A stretch of 64,000 bases of DNA, from assembly GCA_003649205.1 (NCBI GenBank), contig QMRC01000002.1, positions 96,001 to 160,000 on the forward strand, given 5' to 3'. The stretch is from Thermoprotei archaeon. Its GTDB lineage: Archaea > Thermoproteota > Thermoprotei > Thermoproteales > B15-G16. Positions 62,473-64,000 of the stretch are shown piece after piece (position 1 is the stretch's first letter; each line of letters opens with the position of its first letter). A program made the translations under genes and the position numbers. The notes beneath the pieces were generated by a model. It was not told where the DNA came from. It did not search any database and worked only from the letters and a program-made list of their open reading frames with translations.

Positions 62473-63678
62473 TTAATCTCTCCCCAGAAAGTCAATAGCT
62501 TGCCTCACGTGTCGTGCTAAGTCATCGAGACCAAATACTATACTAAGCCGCTGTAGTCTTTCAAGCCACTCGACGTGATGTCTACTCGCCCGGAATTCAG
62601 CAAAATACTTCCTATACTTCTCTGAATGATAATAATGAACTCTTTCAGCTGGTACCTTAAGGAGGTTAACTGCTAGCTCTTTGAACGGCTCTACCTGTCC
62701 TAGTCCTACACATCTTACAATGACGTACTTCTTGCCACACTTCCTCCTAACTAAATATATTCTAACTCTCTCCTGAAGTAATTTTCTCAAGTCATCTCGA
62801 CTGAGCCCTACACCCTTGATAATCCTCAGTTTAGCATTTCGTCTTCTATGCCTCAACTCCATGAGATAGAGGAGACAGTTTTTGCGCATGTGCTCTATTG
62901 AGAATCTTATCCTGAAGTACCTACTTGGTCTCCAATTCTCTTTTATTTCACCTAGGGTGTAGTCTATGTACTTCATTTCTTTGAGTTTCTCTAAGACCTG
63001 TAGGATAGGTCGTAGCTTATGTTCACTACATCTAACGTAAATTGAGCAATGTACCCAGCCATGTTTATCCATGCGTACATTAACCGTGCCATCTCCGTCT
63101 ACTAGACCTGATAAGAATTCAGCAACTTCATAGTAGGTATTAGGAAAGCAAACAACTCCTCTTCTTAGGCAGGTCACGATAGTAGTAACTTCTGGATCTT
63201 TAACTCTTAGGTACAACATGGGTTTTACTTCGTGAGGTAACACGTGTATACATCCAAGTCTAACATAGAGTCTTGGGTATGTCTTCAGTAGTATTGCACA
63301 GAGCTCCTTGTCTGTACTAGCAAAGCGTATGTATGGTCCCAACACAGAACCATCGGTCAGTGCTAATCCCACTCTATACCATACGTTGCTCATTGAAGTA
63401 TTCTTTACAGTGATTTCCTCAACGAACTTACTGAATTCTCTCCTTAAGTACACTACCCTCTCATTGATGCAGTACCTAGCACTACGTGTCCTCGATCTAG
63501 CCACTATAACCAAAGAAGGTATATGTTTTATCTGCTCTCTCAGTTCTCTCGCTTTTTGCTTTAGTTGTTCTAGCTCTTCTTTGGTGAAGTATCTGTGTAT
63601 TAACTCCATTACTTTGCTATGTAGTTTCTCTACGAATTCATCTATTTCATCGTACTTGATGGTGATTCTCGATTTCAC
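62473..63678 (-). CDS. Free-standing two-motif LAGLIDADG endonuclease-like protein
   Basis: YRVGLALTDGSV and EFLSGLVDGDGTV in a basic protein. Confidence 0.75.
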   Translation of the reverse strand: MKSRITIKYDEIDEFVEKLHSKVMELIHRYFTKEELEQLKQKARELREQIKHIPSLVIVARSRTRSARYCINERVVYLRREFSKFVEEITVKNTSMSNVWYRVGLALTDGSVLGPYIRFASTDKELCAILLKTYPRLYVRLGCIHVLPHEVKPMLYLRVKDPEVTTIVTCLRRGVVCFPNTYYEVAEFLSGLVDGDGTVNVRMDKHGWVHCSIYVRCSEHKLRPILQVLEKLKEMKYIDYTLGEIKENWRPSRYFRIRFSIEHMRKNCLLYLMELRHRRRNAKLRIIKGVGLSRDDLRKLLQERVRIYLVRRKCGKKYVIVRCVGLGQVEPFKELAVNLLKVPAERVHYYHSEKYRKYFAEFRASRHHVEWLERLQRLSIVFGLDDLARHVRQAIDFLGRD

Positions 63679-63748
63679 GAATTGTAGTGAGTGCTATGGG
63701 TTATAGGGGTCTTACATTTGGTCGACTGTGTTGTTTCTCTCTATGTCT

Positions 63749-64000
63749 TTACTTCTTGCTACTAAGTACTTCACAGATCTTGATGACGAAGTCCTTTGCT
63801 ACTGGTGGCCCCCATGCTGTTACTACGTTATCATCTACGATCACTGCTTTTTCAATGTACTCTGCTCCACCTTCTCTAAGTATCTTGACTAGTGCTGGAT
63901 CTGGGTAGCAGGTTGCTCTTAATCCCTTTAAGATACCCGCCTTAGCTAGTATTGCTGGTGCTGCACAGATTGCTGCAACTACCTTACCTTTCTCGTGAAA
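63749..64000 (-). CDS. DJ-1/PfpI family protein, C-terminal part (runs off window)
   Basis: KGKVVAAICAAPAILAKAGILKGLRATCY..VIVDDNVVTAWGP. Confidence 0.9.
   Translation of the reverse strand, partial: FHEKGKVVAAICAAPAILAKAGILKGLRATCYPDPALVKILREGGAEYIEKAVIVDDNVVTAWGPPVAKDFVIKICEVLSSKK

Overview
This window looks archaeal, most likely Thermoprotei. That is an inference from the PaREP1/HEPN and GPEGCGKT-ATPase paralog families, TATA/BRE promoters and a tRNA with a bulge-helix-bulge intron. About 1-54 kb is a decaying accessory or defence region. It holds five archaeal P-loop ATPase paralogs, seven PaREP1/HEPN copies, three intact vapBC pairs, DUF4258/DUF2283 pairs, two SAMHD1/COG1078-like HD hydrolases, an ABC-ATPase plus TOPRIM-like pair, Panacea/PIN/PLD/REase remnants, a tnpB relic and many pseudogenes. 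A surface-glycosylation cluster sits at 17.7-29.3 kb. About 54-64 kb is more housekeeping: HTH_10 regulator, Nramp transporter, ilvD, an AlkP/DUF2061/nucleotidyltransferase operon flanked by two RHH genes, tRNA-Pro(GGG), a free-standing LAGLIDADG gene and PfpI. Two signals stand out. First, a tRNA-like minihelix ending in CCA is fused directly to the discriminator base of tRNA-Pro. Second, an extreme A+C versus G+T strand skew, independent of gene orientation, flips polarity at about 21.5-27.5 kb, and pseudogenes on each side carry mirror-image deamination-type substitutions. All family calls come from motif recognition by eye; no database searches were run.
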